Assembly (NCBI GenBank): GCA_963720545.1
Contig: OY970399.1
Location: 1,824,001-1,888,000 of the forward strand
Reading direction: 5' to 3'
Origin: an uncultured Acidobacteriota bacterium
Lineage (GTDB): Bacteria > Acidobacteriota > Vicinamibacteria > Fen-336
Length of the DNA: 64,000 nucleotides
The notes under the pieces were generated by a model, which saw only the letters and a list, made by a program, of their open reading frames with translations, did not search any database and was not told the DNA's origin. The position numbers and the translations under genes are program-made. Numbering within the stretch: position 1 is the first letter of the stretch; every line of letters begins with the position of its first letter. Below are positions 9,322 to 17,955 of the stretch, piece by piece.

Positions 9322-10599
9322 CTAGCGCATCACGCGGCGCGCGGCGGGCACGGCCGCCGGCGCCGCGATGGTGTTGAGGAACGCCGTGTTGTTCGGCGTC
9401 TTCGCGATCTTGTCGATCAGGAACTGCGCGGCGTCCACTGTCGACAGCTCGGCGAGCGCGCGGCGCAGCAGGTGGCGCTGCTTCAGCTCGTCGGGCGTGC
9501 ACAGCAGCTCCTCGCGGCGCGTGCCCGACTTCAGCACGTCCACCGCGGGGAAGATGCGCCGCTCCGAGATGGCGCGGTCGAGGATCAGCTCCATGTTCCC
9601 GGTGCCCTTGAACTCCTGGAAAATCACTTCGTCCATGCGGCTGCCGGTGTCGATGAGCGCGGTCGCCAGGATGGTGAGGCTGCCGCCGCCTTCGCAGTTG
9701 CGGGCCGCGCCGAAGAACTGGCGCGGGAACAGCAGCGCGCGGTTGTCGACGCCGCCGCTCATGGTGCGGCCGCCAGGCCCGATCTCGCGGTTCGAAGCGC
9801 GGCCCAGGCGCGTCAGGCTGTCGAGCAGGATGACGACGTGGCGCCCCGCTTCGACCAGCCGCTTGGCGCGCTCGATCGCGAGCTTGGAAAGCCGCATGTG
9901 CGCGTCGGCGGCCGAGTCGGCCGACGAGGCGAGCACTTCGGCGCCCTGCACGGCGCGGCGGAAGTGCGTCACTTCCTCGGGCCGCTCGTCGACCAGCAGC
10001 ATGATGAGGTGCACTTCGGGATGGTGCTTGACGATCGCCTTGCCCAGGTGCTCGAGCAGGGTGGTCTTGCCGGCCTTCGGCGGCGAGACGATCAGGCCGC
10101 GCTGGCCGCGGCCAATGGGGGCGATGAGGTCGATGACGCGCAGCGACGCCTCGGCTCCGGTGTCGGGCGCCAGCTTGAACGGCTCGCTCGGGTTGATCGA
10201 AACGAGATCGGCAAAGTGCGGGAGTTGCTTGTACTCCTCGGGCGTCAACCCGCTCATCTTCTGGATCTCTACTAATACGCGGCGTCCGCCGCCATCACGA
10301 GCCAGGCCTTCGATCTCCGTTCCGTCGCGGAGCGCCTGATCCCGGGCAACCTGCGCGGGAATCACGACGTCGTCGCGGTGCGGTAGGTAGTTCTGTTCGG
10401 CCAGCCTTACGTAGCCCCCACCGCTCTCGGTCACTTCTGCGACGCCCTTGACTTCCGTCGTGGGGCCCGAGGTCGGGATCTGGATCTGACGGGGCTCTCT
10501 CGGCCCTTTGGCTCCCTGGAACTGAGGGTTGTACCCGTTGGGCCGATCGTTTCGGTGATGTTGGCGATGGCGCCGCGAGTGCCGCGAACCGTGTCTCAC
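9322..10599 (-). CDS. rho: transcription termination factor Rho (short, divergent N-terminus)
   Basis: APIGRGQRGLIVSPPKAGKTT, LLVDERPEEVT, LLDSLTRLGRA, FFGAARN, ATALIDTGSRMDEVIFQEFKGTGNME, SGTRREELL. Confidence 0.93.
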   Translation of the reverse strand: MRHGSRHSRRHRQHHRNDRPNGYNPQFQGAKGPREPRQIQIPTSGPTTEVKGVAEVTESGGGYVRLAEQNYLPHRDDVVIPAQVARDQALRDGTEIEGLARDGGGRRVLVEIQKMSGLTPEEYKQLPHFADLVSINPSEPFKLAPDTGAEASLRVIDLIAPIGRGQRGLIVSPPKAGKTTLLEHLGKAIVKHHPEVHLIMLLVDERPEEVTHFRRAVQGAEVLASSADSAADAHMRLSKLAIERAKRLVEAGRHVVILLDSLTRLGRASNREIGPGGRTMSGGVDNRALLFPRQFFGAARNCEGGGSLTILATALIDTGSRMDEVIFQEFKGTGNMELILDRAISERRIFPAVDVLKSGTRREELLCTPDELKQRHLLRRALAELSTVDAAQFLIDKIAKTPNNTAFLNTIAAPAAVPAARRVMR

Positions 10600-10653
10600 T
10601 TAAGAGACCCGTTCGCGCAAACGCGCAACGGTCATCGTCTGCCTCCGAACGGC

Positions 10654-10684
10654 AATATAACAGTGTCCGTGACCCGACTGTCAA
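10654..10684 (-). promoter_or_regulatory. putative sigma70 promoter of rho
   Basis: Minus strand TTGACA-N19-TATATT with TG at the extended -10 position, in an AT-richer intergenic patch. The spacer is long. Confidence 0.5.
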
Positions 10685-10694
10685 GTAGGCAGGT

Positions 10695-11429
10695 TCAGGG
10701 CGCCTCGCCGGGAAGGAGCGGCGTGAGCGTCACGAGGTACCGCGAACTGGTGTCGCAGACCTGCGCCGCGACGGCACCGTGGGGCCAGTCTTTAGCCAGG
10801 TTCGCGGGCACCGCGACGGGGTTGGCGAGTGCCGGCATCAGCATTGGCGCAAGCCCCCCGGGCGCGCGGCACCCTCCGGGCAGCGTGCCGCGCATGGCGC
10901 GCATGCGGTAGGACGCCGGCGCGTAGGGGCGCAGGCACGGCACGTCGAATTCGGCGAGGCGCTGCGCCAGGTCGCCGAGCGGCTTGAGGCCGAAGGGCGC
11001 GCTCGCAGGATCGCCGACGAGCTCGAGGCGCAGCGCCGGCAGGCCGCGGCCGGCGTCTGCCGCGAAGCGCAGCACCGAACGTTCCCACGAGCCCCCGAAG
11101 CTCCAGACCGTCGGTCCGTCGAGCCAAGGCTGGCCGGGGTCCTTGCGCTTTTTCTTGCGCGGCTTGCGCACCGCGTCGACCTCGGCGAGGAACGCGGCCA
11201 ATTCGCCCGCCTCGAGCCGGCAGGTCTCGATTTCGCTGGTGCCGCCAACGAACACCTGGCCGTCGCCCAGCATCACGAAGCGTTCGGGCGCCGCCTCGGC
11301 AACCTGGCCGGTATGCGCCACGAGCGGCACGGTCAGGACGATGGTTGCGTTGGGCACGTCCGCGGCGGTTGCGGCCACGGTTACCGCCAGAATCACGGCT
11401 GCGGGCACGAATTTGCGAAAAGAAGTCAC
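10695..11429 (-). CDS. exported hypothetical protein
   Basis: GTG start gives MTSFRKFVPAAVILAVTVAATAA (signal-like); 244 aa, no recognised domain. The upstream part of the ORF-track call is antisense to the next gene. Confidence 0.55.
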   Translation of the reverse strand: MTSFRKFVPAAVILAVTVAATAADVPNATIVLTVPLVAHTGQVAEAAPERFVMLGDGQVFVGGTSEIETCRLEAGELAAFLAEVDAVRKPRKKKRKDPGQPWLDGPTVWSFGGSWERSVLRFAADAGRGLPALRLELVGDPASAPFGLKPLGDLAQRLAEFDVPCLRPYAPASYRMRAMRGTLPGGCRAPGGLAPMLMPALANPVAVPANLAKDWPHGAVAAQVCDTSSRYLVTLTPLLPGEAP

Positions 11430-11525
11430 CGCCCGGAGTCTATAACGCAGGTTTCTGGGTCCCGCGAGAGCGCGGTGTATCATCGAAACCGACTTCATAC
11501 ATCCACTTCTTCCGAGGAGGAATTC

Positions 11526-11906
11526 ATGCGTCGTATTCAAGGTTTCGTGGCACCGTTGCTGGTCGCGCTGCTGCTTTGCCCTGGTTCGGCATTCGCCCAG
11601 TCGGTCGTCACACCGCAGGATCTCGACAAGGCCGTGAGCGCGCAGCTCGGCTCCGATGCCGAAGCGCGCCAGGCGATCCAGAACCTGCTGGCTCGCGAGG
11701 ATGTCCGCGCCTACGCGCAAGGCTACGGCCTTGACGTGTCGCGCGCATCCGCCGCGGTTGCCACCCTGCAGGGCAACGATCTGCACGCGCTGGCGCAGCA
11801 GGCGAACGCCGTTGACGCCGGCCTGTCCGGCGGCGATCCGGTGATCCGCATCAGCCTGATCGCAGCGCTCCTCATCATCATCATCGTCATCCTCATCGTC
11901 AACTAA
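11526..11906 (+). CDS. PA2779-like small secreted protein with Gly-Gly motif and hydrophobic C-terminal tail
   Basis: GAGGAGG RBS; signal peptide ending SAFA; helical middle; ...AGLSGG-DPVIRISLIAALLIIIIVILIVN; adjacent to a C39 peptidase. Confidence 0.8.
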   Translation: MRRIQGFVAPLLVALLLCPGSAFAQSVVTPQDLDKAVSAQLGSDAEARQAIQNLLAREDVRAYAQGYGLDVSRASAAVATLQGNDLHALAQQANAVDAGLSGGDPVIRISLIAALLIIIIVILIVN

Positions 11907-11926
11907 GGCGCGCTCCGCAAGGCAGC

Positions 11927-13906
11927 GTGCAGTTCCTGGGCGTCCTGCTGGCAGCGAGCCTGTCGGCGGGCGCCCGGGACGTTCCTTACGTCCCGCAGAC
12001 GGGCGCACTCTGCGGCGGCGCCGCCGCGGCGATGATCGTGCGCTACTGGGGCGGCCCCGCCCTGCGGCCTGAAGATTTCGCGGCGCAGCTCAACCCGCAG
12101 AAGACCGGGATCCGCGCCCGCGACCTCGCCGCGGCCATCGCCGCCCGCGGCTTCGCGACCGAGGTCGTCAGCGGCGACCAGACCGCGGCACAGGAGTGGC
12201 TCGCGGCGGGACGCCCGTTCATCGCGCTCGTCAAGCTCGACCGCACGGGCCCGACCTTTCACTATGTCGTGGTGCTCGACTGGTCGCACGGCGAGGTGAT
12301 CGTCCACGATCCGGCGCTGCGTCCGTCGCGCGTGATCTCACAGGACGTGTTCCTCACCGCGTGGAATGCGACCGAGCGGCTGACGATCACGGCGGCGCCG
12401 GATGCGGCGGAGACGGCGGCGCTCGCGCCATCTACGGCACCGGCACCGGTGAACGCAGAGACGCCACGTACCGCAACGCCCTGCGCGCCGCTGGTGGCCC
12501 GCGCCGGGGAACTGGCGCGCGCCGACGACCTGGACAGCGCCGCCGCCGAGCTCGACGCGGCCATCGCGCGCTGCCCCGCCGACCCGGCGCCGCGCCGCGA
12601 GCGTGCCGGGGTGTACTTCCGCGTCAAGGAGTGGCAGCTCGCCGCGCGGTTCGCGCGCGCGGCGGTGGCTCTCGACCCGCAGGACCAGGCAGCCATTCGC
12701 CTTGCCGCCACCAGCCTTTATCTCAACGGCCAACAGGAGCTCGCGCTGCGCTACTGGAACCAGCTCCGCCCCGGCGAGCCGCGCCTCGATCTCGTGAACG
12801 TCAGCGGGCTGTCGCGGCTCGCCTACCGCTCGGTCGAGGATGGCCTCGGGCTCGAGACGGGTGAGCTCCTCACCGAGCGCGGCTACCGGCGCGCGGCGCG
12901 GCGCATCGCCGACCTGCCGGGAGTGCTGACCGCGAGCCTGCGCTACGAGCCGCACGCCGGAGTCGCCCAGGTCGAAGCCTCGGTGGTGGAACGGCCGGTG
13001 CTGCAGCCGCTGCGCTGGCTGGCCGTCGACACCGCGCTCGACGCATTGGTGCGGCGCGAGGTGGGCGTGACGGTCGCGAACCTGACGGCGTCCGGCGAGC
13101 GTTTCGACGCGCGCTATCGTTTCGAGGACCAGCGGCCCGCCGTGTTCCTCAACGGACGGGCGCCCACGCGTCTCGGCACCGCCGGCGTGTCCGGGTTGTG
13201 GGACGAGCAGTCGTACGCGGTGGCTGACGGCTTCGTGCGCGAACGCCGCAAGGGCGCCGCCGTCTCGCTCCGCTCCTGGCTCGACTCCGACCTGCGCGCG
13301 ACGCTCCTGCTCGGCGCCGACCGCTGGAACGAGAGTGACAGCACGGTGCTCGCCGCCGCAACGCTCGAACGCCGCTTTGCCGCCGACCGCTTCGCCGCGC
13401 TCGCCCGCCTCGAGAGCTACCTGGGCACTTCCGGCGGACCGTCGTTCCACCGCACCTCGCTCGAGTTCCGCGCGCGCACCTCGCGGCGCCCGCACAACTG
13501 GAACGCGTCGGCGAGCGCCGCCTTCGATGCCGCGAGTGGCGACGCGCCGCGGGCGCTGTGGCCGGGTGCCGGCACCGGCCGCGGCCGCGAGCGTTTGCTT
13601 CGCGCCCATCCGCTGCTGCGCGACGGGCTCATCGCCGGCCCCGCATTCGGCCGTCGCCTGGTGCACGGCACCATCGAGGCCGAGCACACCATCGGGCGCG
13701 CCGGACCGGTGGTGCTGGGTGCCGCGGTCTTCGCCGACCTGGCGCGGGTGCGCAGCGACTCGGGCACCGCGTCGTTCGTCGACTGGGGCGCCGGCGCGCG
13801 CATCCGCTTCCCGGCGACGCGTTCGGCGTTTCGCGTCGACCTGGCCACCGCGGGCACGTCGGGACGGTTCGTGGTCTCGGCCGGCTGGGTCGAGACCTGG
13901 CGCTAG
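11927..13906 (+). CDS. C39-like cysteine peptidase - TPR - POTRA - Omp85-type beta-barrel fusion
   Basis: Signal peptide; VPYVPQTGALCGGAAAAMIVRYWG, HYVVV, HDP (Gln/Cys/His/Asp); TPR-like helices; POTRA-like segment ending VVERP; beta-strand-rich C-terminus with FADLA, DWGAGARI, FRVDLA and terminal aromatic residues. Confidence 0.78.
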   Translation: MQFLGVLLAASLSAGARDVPYVPQTGALCGGAAAAMIVRYWGGPALRPEDFAAQLNPQKTGIRARDLAAAIAARGFATEVVSGDQTAAQEWLAAGRPFIALVKLDRTGPTFHYVVVLDWSHGEVIVHDPALRPSRVISQDVFLTAWNATERLTITAAPDAAETAALAPSTAPAPVNAETPRTATPCAPLVARAGELARADDLDSAAAELDAAIARCPADPAPRRERAGVYFRVKEWQLAARFARAAVALDPQDQAAIRLAATSLYLNGQQELALRYWNQLRPGEPRLDLVNVSGLSRLAYRSVEDGLGLETGELLTERGYRRAARRIADLPGVLTASLRYEPHAGVAQVEASVVERPVLQPLRWLAVDTALDALVRREVGVTVANLTASGERFDARYRFEDQRPAVFLNGRAPTRLGTAGVSGLWDEQSYAVADGFVRERRKGAAVSLRSWLDSDLRATLLLGADRWNESDSTVLAAATLERRFAADRFAALARLESYLGTSGGPSFHRTSLEFRARTSRRPHNWNASASAAFDAASGDAPRALWPGAGTGRGRERLLRAHPLLRDGLIAGPAFGRRLVHGTIEAEHTIGRAGPVVLGAAVFADLARVRSDSGTASFVDWGAGARIRFPATRSAFRVDLATAGTSGRFVVSAGWVETWR

Positions 13907-14931
13907 CCGACCGTGCCCCAGGTGTCGCCGAGCACATAGCCCTCGGGAAAGGGGTCGCGCGGGTCGACGAAGTACTGGTGCAGGCCGGTGATGAATGCCG
14001 AACCCTTCACCGCGGGCACGATCGCCGCACGGCCGGAGACGGTGGTCTCGCGCGCGATGCGGCCGGTGAAGCGCGAGCCGAGGACCGACTCCTGGATCAT
14101 CTCGTCGCCGGTGCGCATCGCGCCGCTTGCGTGCAGCACCGCCAGCCGCGCCGACAGCGCGGTGCCGGTGGGGCTGCGATCGAGCCGCCCCGGCGACACC
14201 ACCACGGCGTTGCGCGTGACACGGCCTTTGCCCGCGAAGGCGCAGGCGAACTGCACGATGCTGACGCGGCTGATCGACGGCATCTCGGGGTGCGCCACAT
14301 CGAGCTGCTCGCGCGCCGCCTGCCGCACTCTCTCGCCCATCGCCGAGATATCGCGGGCCTCGTCGGCGGTCACCCTGAAGCCGAAGGCCGCGGGATCGAC
14401 GATGGCGTAGATCATGCCGCCGTAGGCCACGTCCACCGCCACGGTGCCGACGCCGGGAACCTCCACGGGCGCCTGCAGGCGCAGCACGAAGCTCGGGACG
14501 TTCTCGAACTCGACCGACAGGACGGCGCCGTCGCGGCACTCGGCCGTCACGGCGACGACACCGCCCGGCATGTCCAGCTGCAGCAGCGTGTGCGGTTCGC
14601 GCATCGGCACGATGCCCGTCTCGAGCAGCACGGTGGCGATGCAGATGGTGTTCGAACCCGACATCGGCGGATACTCGGTCGGCTCCATGATGATGGCGCC
14701 GGCCTGGCAATCGGGCCGCGTCGACGGCACCAGCAGGTTCACGTGGCGCGCGACGCTGCCGCGCGGCTCGCGAAGCAGCAGCCTGCGGATGTGGTCGGAC
14801 TCGCGCTCCATCGTGTGCGCCTTGTCGAGCATGGTGGCGCCTGGCGGCGGCAGGACGCCGCCGATGATCACGTCGCCGACTTCGCCGGCCGCATGGCAGC
14901 CGACCACCGTGATCACGCGCTTCGCATTCAT
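13903..14931 (-). CDS. proline racemase superfamily protein, Ser/Thr catalytic pair (possible 3-hydroxyproline dehydratase)
   Basis: CHAAGE, LLREPRG, PPMSGSNTIC, VDVAYGG, DRSPTGTA. Confidence 0.88.
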   Translation of the reverse strand: MNAKRVITVVGCHAAGEVGDVIIGGVLPPPGATMLDKAHTMERESDHIRRLLLREPRGSVARHVNLLVPSTRPDCQAGAIIMEPTEYPPMSGSNTICIATVLLETGIVPMREPHTLLQLDMPGGVVAVTAECRDGAVLSVEFENVPSFVLRLQAPVEVPGVGTVAVDVAYGGMIYAIVDPAAFGFRVTADEARDISAMGERVRQAAREQLDVAHPEMPSISRVSIVQFACAFAGKGRVTRNAVVVSPGRLDRSPTGTALSARLAVLHASGAMRTGDEMIQESVLGSRFTGRIARETTVSGRAAIVPAVKGSAFITGLHQYFVDPRDPFPEGYVLGDTWGTVG

Positions 14932-14996
14932 GGCCGGAAGTGCCGGAATGCTAATACGATTGGCTTTTCGCAAACACGACCGAGGAGGCGCCCGCG

Positions 14997-15887
14997 ATGA
15001 CATTGCCTATCCTTGCCGCAACGCTGCTGCTCAGCACCATACAGGCGGCGGCGCCGTCGCCTGCACCCTCGCCGTCGGCGATGCCGACGCCGGTGCTCCC
15101 GCGCAACGAGGCGCTGCCGCCTTCGGACGCACAGGCTAAGGCGGCGCTCGACAGCACGCCCCGCCACGGCGAATACGTAAACATCGACTTCCCCGCCGGC
15201 AACACCAAGCTGCGCACCTTCGTGGTGTTTCCGGAACGCAAGGAGAAGGCACCCGTCGTGATCGTCATTCACGAGGTCTATGGCCTCAGCGACTGGCTGC
15301 GCGGTGTCGCCGACCAGCTCGCAAAGGACGGGTTCATCGCGGTTGCCCCCGACCTCATCACCGGCCTCGGGCCCGGCGGAGGCGGCACCGAGTCGCTGCC
15401 GAGCCGTGACGACGTGGTGAGCGCGATCCGCTCGCTGACGCCGGCGGACGCCACGGCGCGCCTCGACGCGGTGCTCGGCTGGGCGCTGCAGCTGCCTTCC
15501 GCCAGCGGCCGTTCGGCTACCCTCGGCTTCTGCTGGGGCGGCGCGCGCAGTTTCGCATACGCGACCACCCAGCCACGCCTGGACGCCGCCGTCGTCTACT
15601 ACGGCGCGGCGCCCGACGCCGCGGCGCTCGCCAGCATCAAGGCGCCGGTCCTCGGCCTCTACGGCGGCGACGATGAGCGCGTCAACGCGACCATCGAACC
15701 GGCGAAGGCGGAGATCGCGAAGCTCGGCAAGAGTTTCGAGTACGAGATCTACGACGGCGCCGGCCACGGTTTCGTGCGCGCCCAGGGCGACCGCAACGGC
15801 GCCAACCTCAAGGCCATCGAAGCCGCCTGGCCGCGCACCCTTGCTTTCCTGAGGAAGTATCTGAGCGACAATCGCCCACTGCAGTAG
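14997..15887 (+). CDS. exported dienelactone hydrolase family protein
   Basis: Signal peptide and Pro-rich linker; VIHEVYGL, GFCWGG, GAGHGF; GAGGAGG RBS. Confidence 0.9.
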   Translation: MTLPILAATLLLSTIQAAAPSPAPSPSAMPTPVLPRNEALPPSDAQAKAALDSTPRHGEYVNIDFPAGNTKLRTFVVFPERKEKAPVVIVIHEVYGLSDWLRGVADQLAKDGFIAVAPDLITGLGPGGGGTESLPSRDDVVSAIRSLTPADATARLDAVLGWALQLPSASGRSATLGFCWGGARSFAYATTQPRLDAAVVYYGAAPDAAALASIKAPVLGLYGGDDERVNATIEPAKAEIAKLGKSFEYEIYDGAGHGFVRAQGDRNGANLKAIEAAWPRTLAFLRKYLSDNRPLQ

Positions 15888-15909
15888 TCCATGCGCGGAG
15901 GGCGAACTC

Positions 15910-16710
15910 ATGAAAGCAATGACACTGGTGATGGCAGCGGTGCTGGTGCTCGCGGCGGCGGACACCCGCGCCGGCGGCGACGAGGCGCTCGCGGCCACGG
16001 TGCGCAGGATCCAGGCGGCGGACTACGGCAACGACCAGGCAGCGCTCGGCAAGTTCGCGGAGGAGCTGGCGCGCGGCGGCTCCGGCGAGGAGGTGGCGTA
16101 CCGCCGCTACTGGCGCGGCTTCGCGCTGTGGCGCAAGGCCATCAATGCCCTGAACGAAACCCCGCCGCCGCCGGGGGCGGCCGACGATGCGCGCGCCGGG
16201 ATCGCCAGCTTCCGCGAGGCGCTCGTCGCCAGGCCCGACTGGATCGAGGCCCATATCGGCATCGCCGGCTGCGCGCCGCTGCTGCTGTTCCTTGCCGCGA
16301 CCGATGCGGACCGCCAGGCGGTGCTCAAGGATTTCCTGCCCACATGGCAGGTCGTGCGCGACCGCAGCGCCGGCAATCCGCGCGCCTTGTGGGAGATGGG
16401 CCAGTCGCAGCTCGCCGGAAATCCGCGGCAGGCGCCCGATCCCGCGAAGGCGCGCGAGCTCTTTCGTCAGGGTGTCGAAGCGGCGCTCGCCGAGGCGCGC
16501 GCCGCGCAGGGCGCCGTGCCGGACGCGGTGCCGCGCTGGGGCGGGGCCGAGAACCTCATGAACCTCGCCTACCTCCACACACACACGGCGCTCAAAGACC
16601 GCGATCTCGCGACGGCCTATGCCGAGGGTGCGCTGGTCGCGGCGCCCAACTGGCACTACGTCCGCGACCTCCTGTGGCCGCAGATTCAGGCACTGCCAGC
16701 CCGGCCGTAA
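15910..16710 (+). CDS. exported helical-repeat (TPR-like) hypothetical protein
   Basis: GGAGG RBS, signal peptide, all-helical pattern; co-oriented between the hydrolase and M48 genes. Confidence 0.65.
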   Translation: MKAMTLVMAAVLVLAAADTRAGGDEALAATVRRIQAADYGNDQAALGKFAEELARGGSGEEVAYRRYWRGFALWRKAINALNETPPPPGAADDARAGIASFREALVARPDWIEAHIGIAGCAPLLLFLAATDADRQAVLKDFLPTWQVVRDRSAGNPRALWEMGQSQLAGNPRQAPDPAKARELFRQGVEAALAEARAAQGAVPDAVPRWGGAENLMNLAYLHTHTALKDRDLATAYAEGALVAAPNWHYVRDLLWPQIQALPARP

Positions 16711-16719
16711 CATCGGGGC

Positions 16720-17955
16720 ATGGTCAAGGCCTCGGCGCTCGCCGTCCTGCTGGTCCTGGTGGTGCTGTTCGCCGCCACCTCGTTCACGAAGTCGGAGGAA
16801 CGCGAGCGCACCGCGGCGCGCTATTTCACCAGCGGTGAGATCGCGCGCGGGCAGCAATACTCGCGCGGCGGCCGCCTGCTCTTCTGGTCGGCGACGGCTC
16901 TCGACCTCCTGGTGCTGGCCGCGCTCGCGGCGACATCCTTCGGCGCGCGCCTGGTGCGCGGCGCCGAAAGCCTCGCCGGCGGCCGGTTCGTGCTCGCGGT
17001 GCTCGCAGTCGCGGCGATCGCCTTCCTGGTGGAACAGCTCGTCTCGTTGCCGCTCGCGGTCTACGCGGGCTTCGTGCGGCAGAAAGCCTGGGGCCTCACC
17101 GACCGTACGTTCGGCTCGTGGGCTTCCGACTACGGCAAGGCGACGCTGCTCTCGATCGTCATCGGCGCCGTCCTCACCGCAGGTTTCTACCTGCTGCTGC
17201 GCCACCTGCCACGCGCCTGGTGGATCGCGGCCGGTGTCGGCAGCGGCGGCGTCGGCGTGGTGCTCGCGTGGCTGCTGCCGCTGGTGATCGCACCGCTCTT
17301 CAACACCTTCACGCCGCTTGCGAACACCGAGTGGGCGCCGCTGGAGCCCGACGTCCGCGCCATGCTGCAGCGCGCCAACCTGCCGGTGCGCGAAGTGCTG
17401 GTGATGGATGCCTCACGCCAGGGGCGCAACACCAACGCCTATTTCAGCGGCTTCGGCCGCAGCCGCCGCATCGTCCTCTACGACACGCTGCTGCAAAGCC
17501 ACACCGGGCCGGAGGTGCTTTCGATCCTCGCCCACGAGACCGGCCACTGGACGCACAATCACATCGTCAAGGGTCTCGTCCTTGGCACGCTCGGCGCATT
17601 CTTCGGCTTCTTCCTGCTCGACCGCATCCTGCGCGCCTGCATCGGCCTGGCACCTCTCAACCTGCGCGCTCTCGACGATCCGGCCGGGCTGCCGCTGGTG
17701 CTGCTGCTGTCGCTTCTCGGCAGCCTCGCGGCGATGCCGATCGCCAACGGCATAAGCCGCATGTTCGAGGCCGAAGCCGACCGCACGGCGCTCGAGACGG
17801 GCGGCGATCCACAGGTGTTCATCGAGGCGGAGAGGCGCCTGGTGCGCGACAACATCGGCGACCCGACGCCGTCCGACGTCCGCGTCCTGTTCTTCGCCGA
17901 TCACCCGCCGGCGCTCGACCGCATCGCGGCGGCCGAGGCTTTCAAGGCGCGCTAG
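16720..17955 (+). CDS. M48 family (Ste24p-like) membrane metallopeptidase
   Basis: TM helices; NAYFSGFG, RIVLYDTLL, AHETGH, SRMFEAEAD, HPPALDRI. Confidence 0.92.
   Translation: MVKASALAVLLVLVVLFAATSFTKSEERERTAARYFTSGEIARGQQYSRGGRLLFWSATALDLLVLAALAATSFGARLVRGAESLAGGRFVLAVLAVAAIAFLVEQLVSLPLAVYAGFVRQKAWGLTDRTFGSWASDYGKATLLSIVIGAVLTAGFYLLLRHLPRAWWIAAGVGSGGVGVVLAWLLPLVIAPLFNTFTPLANTEWAPLEPDVRAMLQRANLPVREVLVMDASRQGRNTNAYFSGFGRSRRIVLYDTLLQSHTGPEVLSILAHETGHWTHNHIVKGLVLGTLGAFFGFFLLDRILRACIGLAPLNLRALDDPAGLPLVLLLSLLGSLAAMPIANGISRMFEAEADRTALETGGDPQVFIEAERRLVRDNIGDPTPSDVRVLFFADHPPALDRIAAAEAFKAR

Noticed and set aside
11526..11906. Classical bacteriocin or RiPP precursor
   Set aside because: It has a Sec signal, there is no ABC exporter or modifying enzyme nearby, and the post-GG segment is TM-like.
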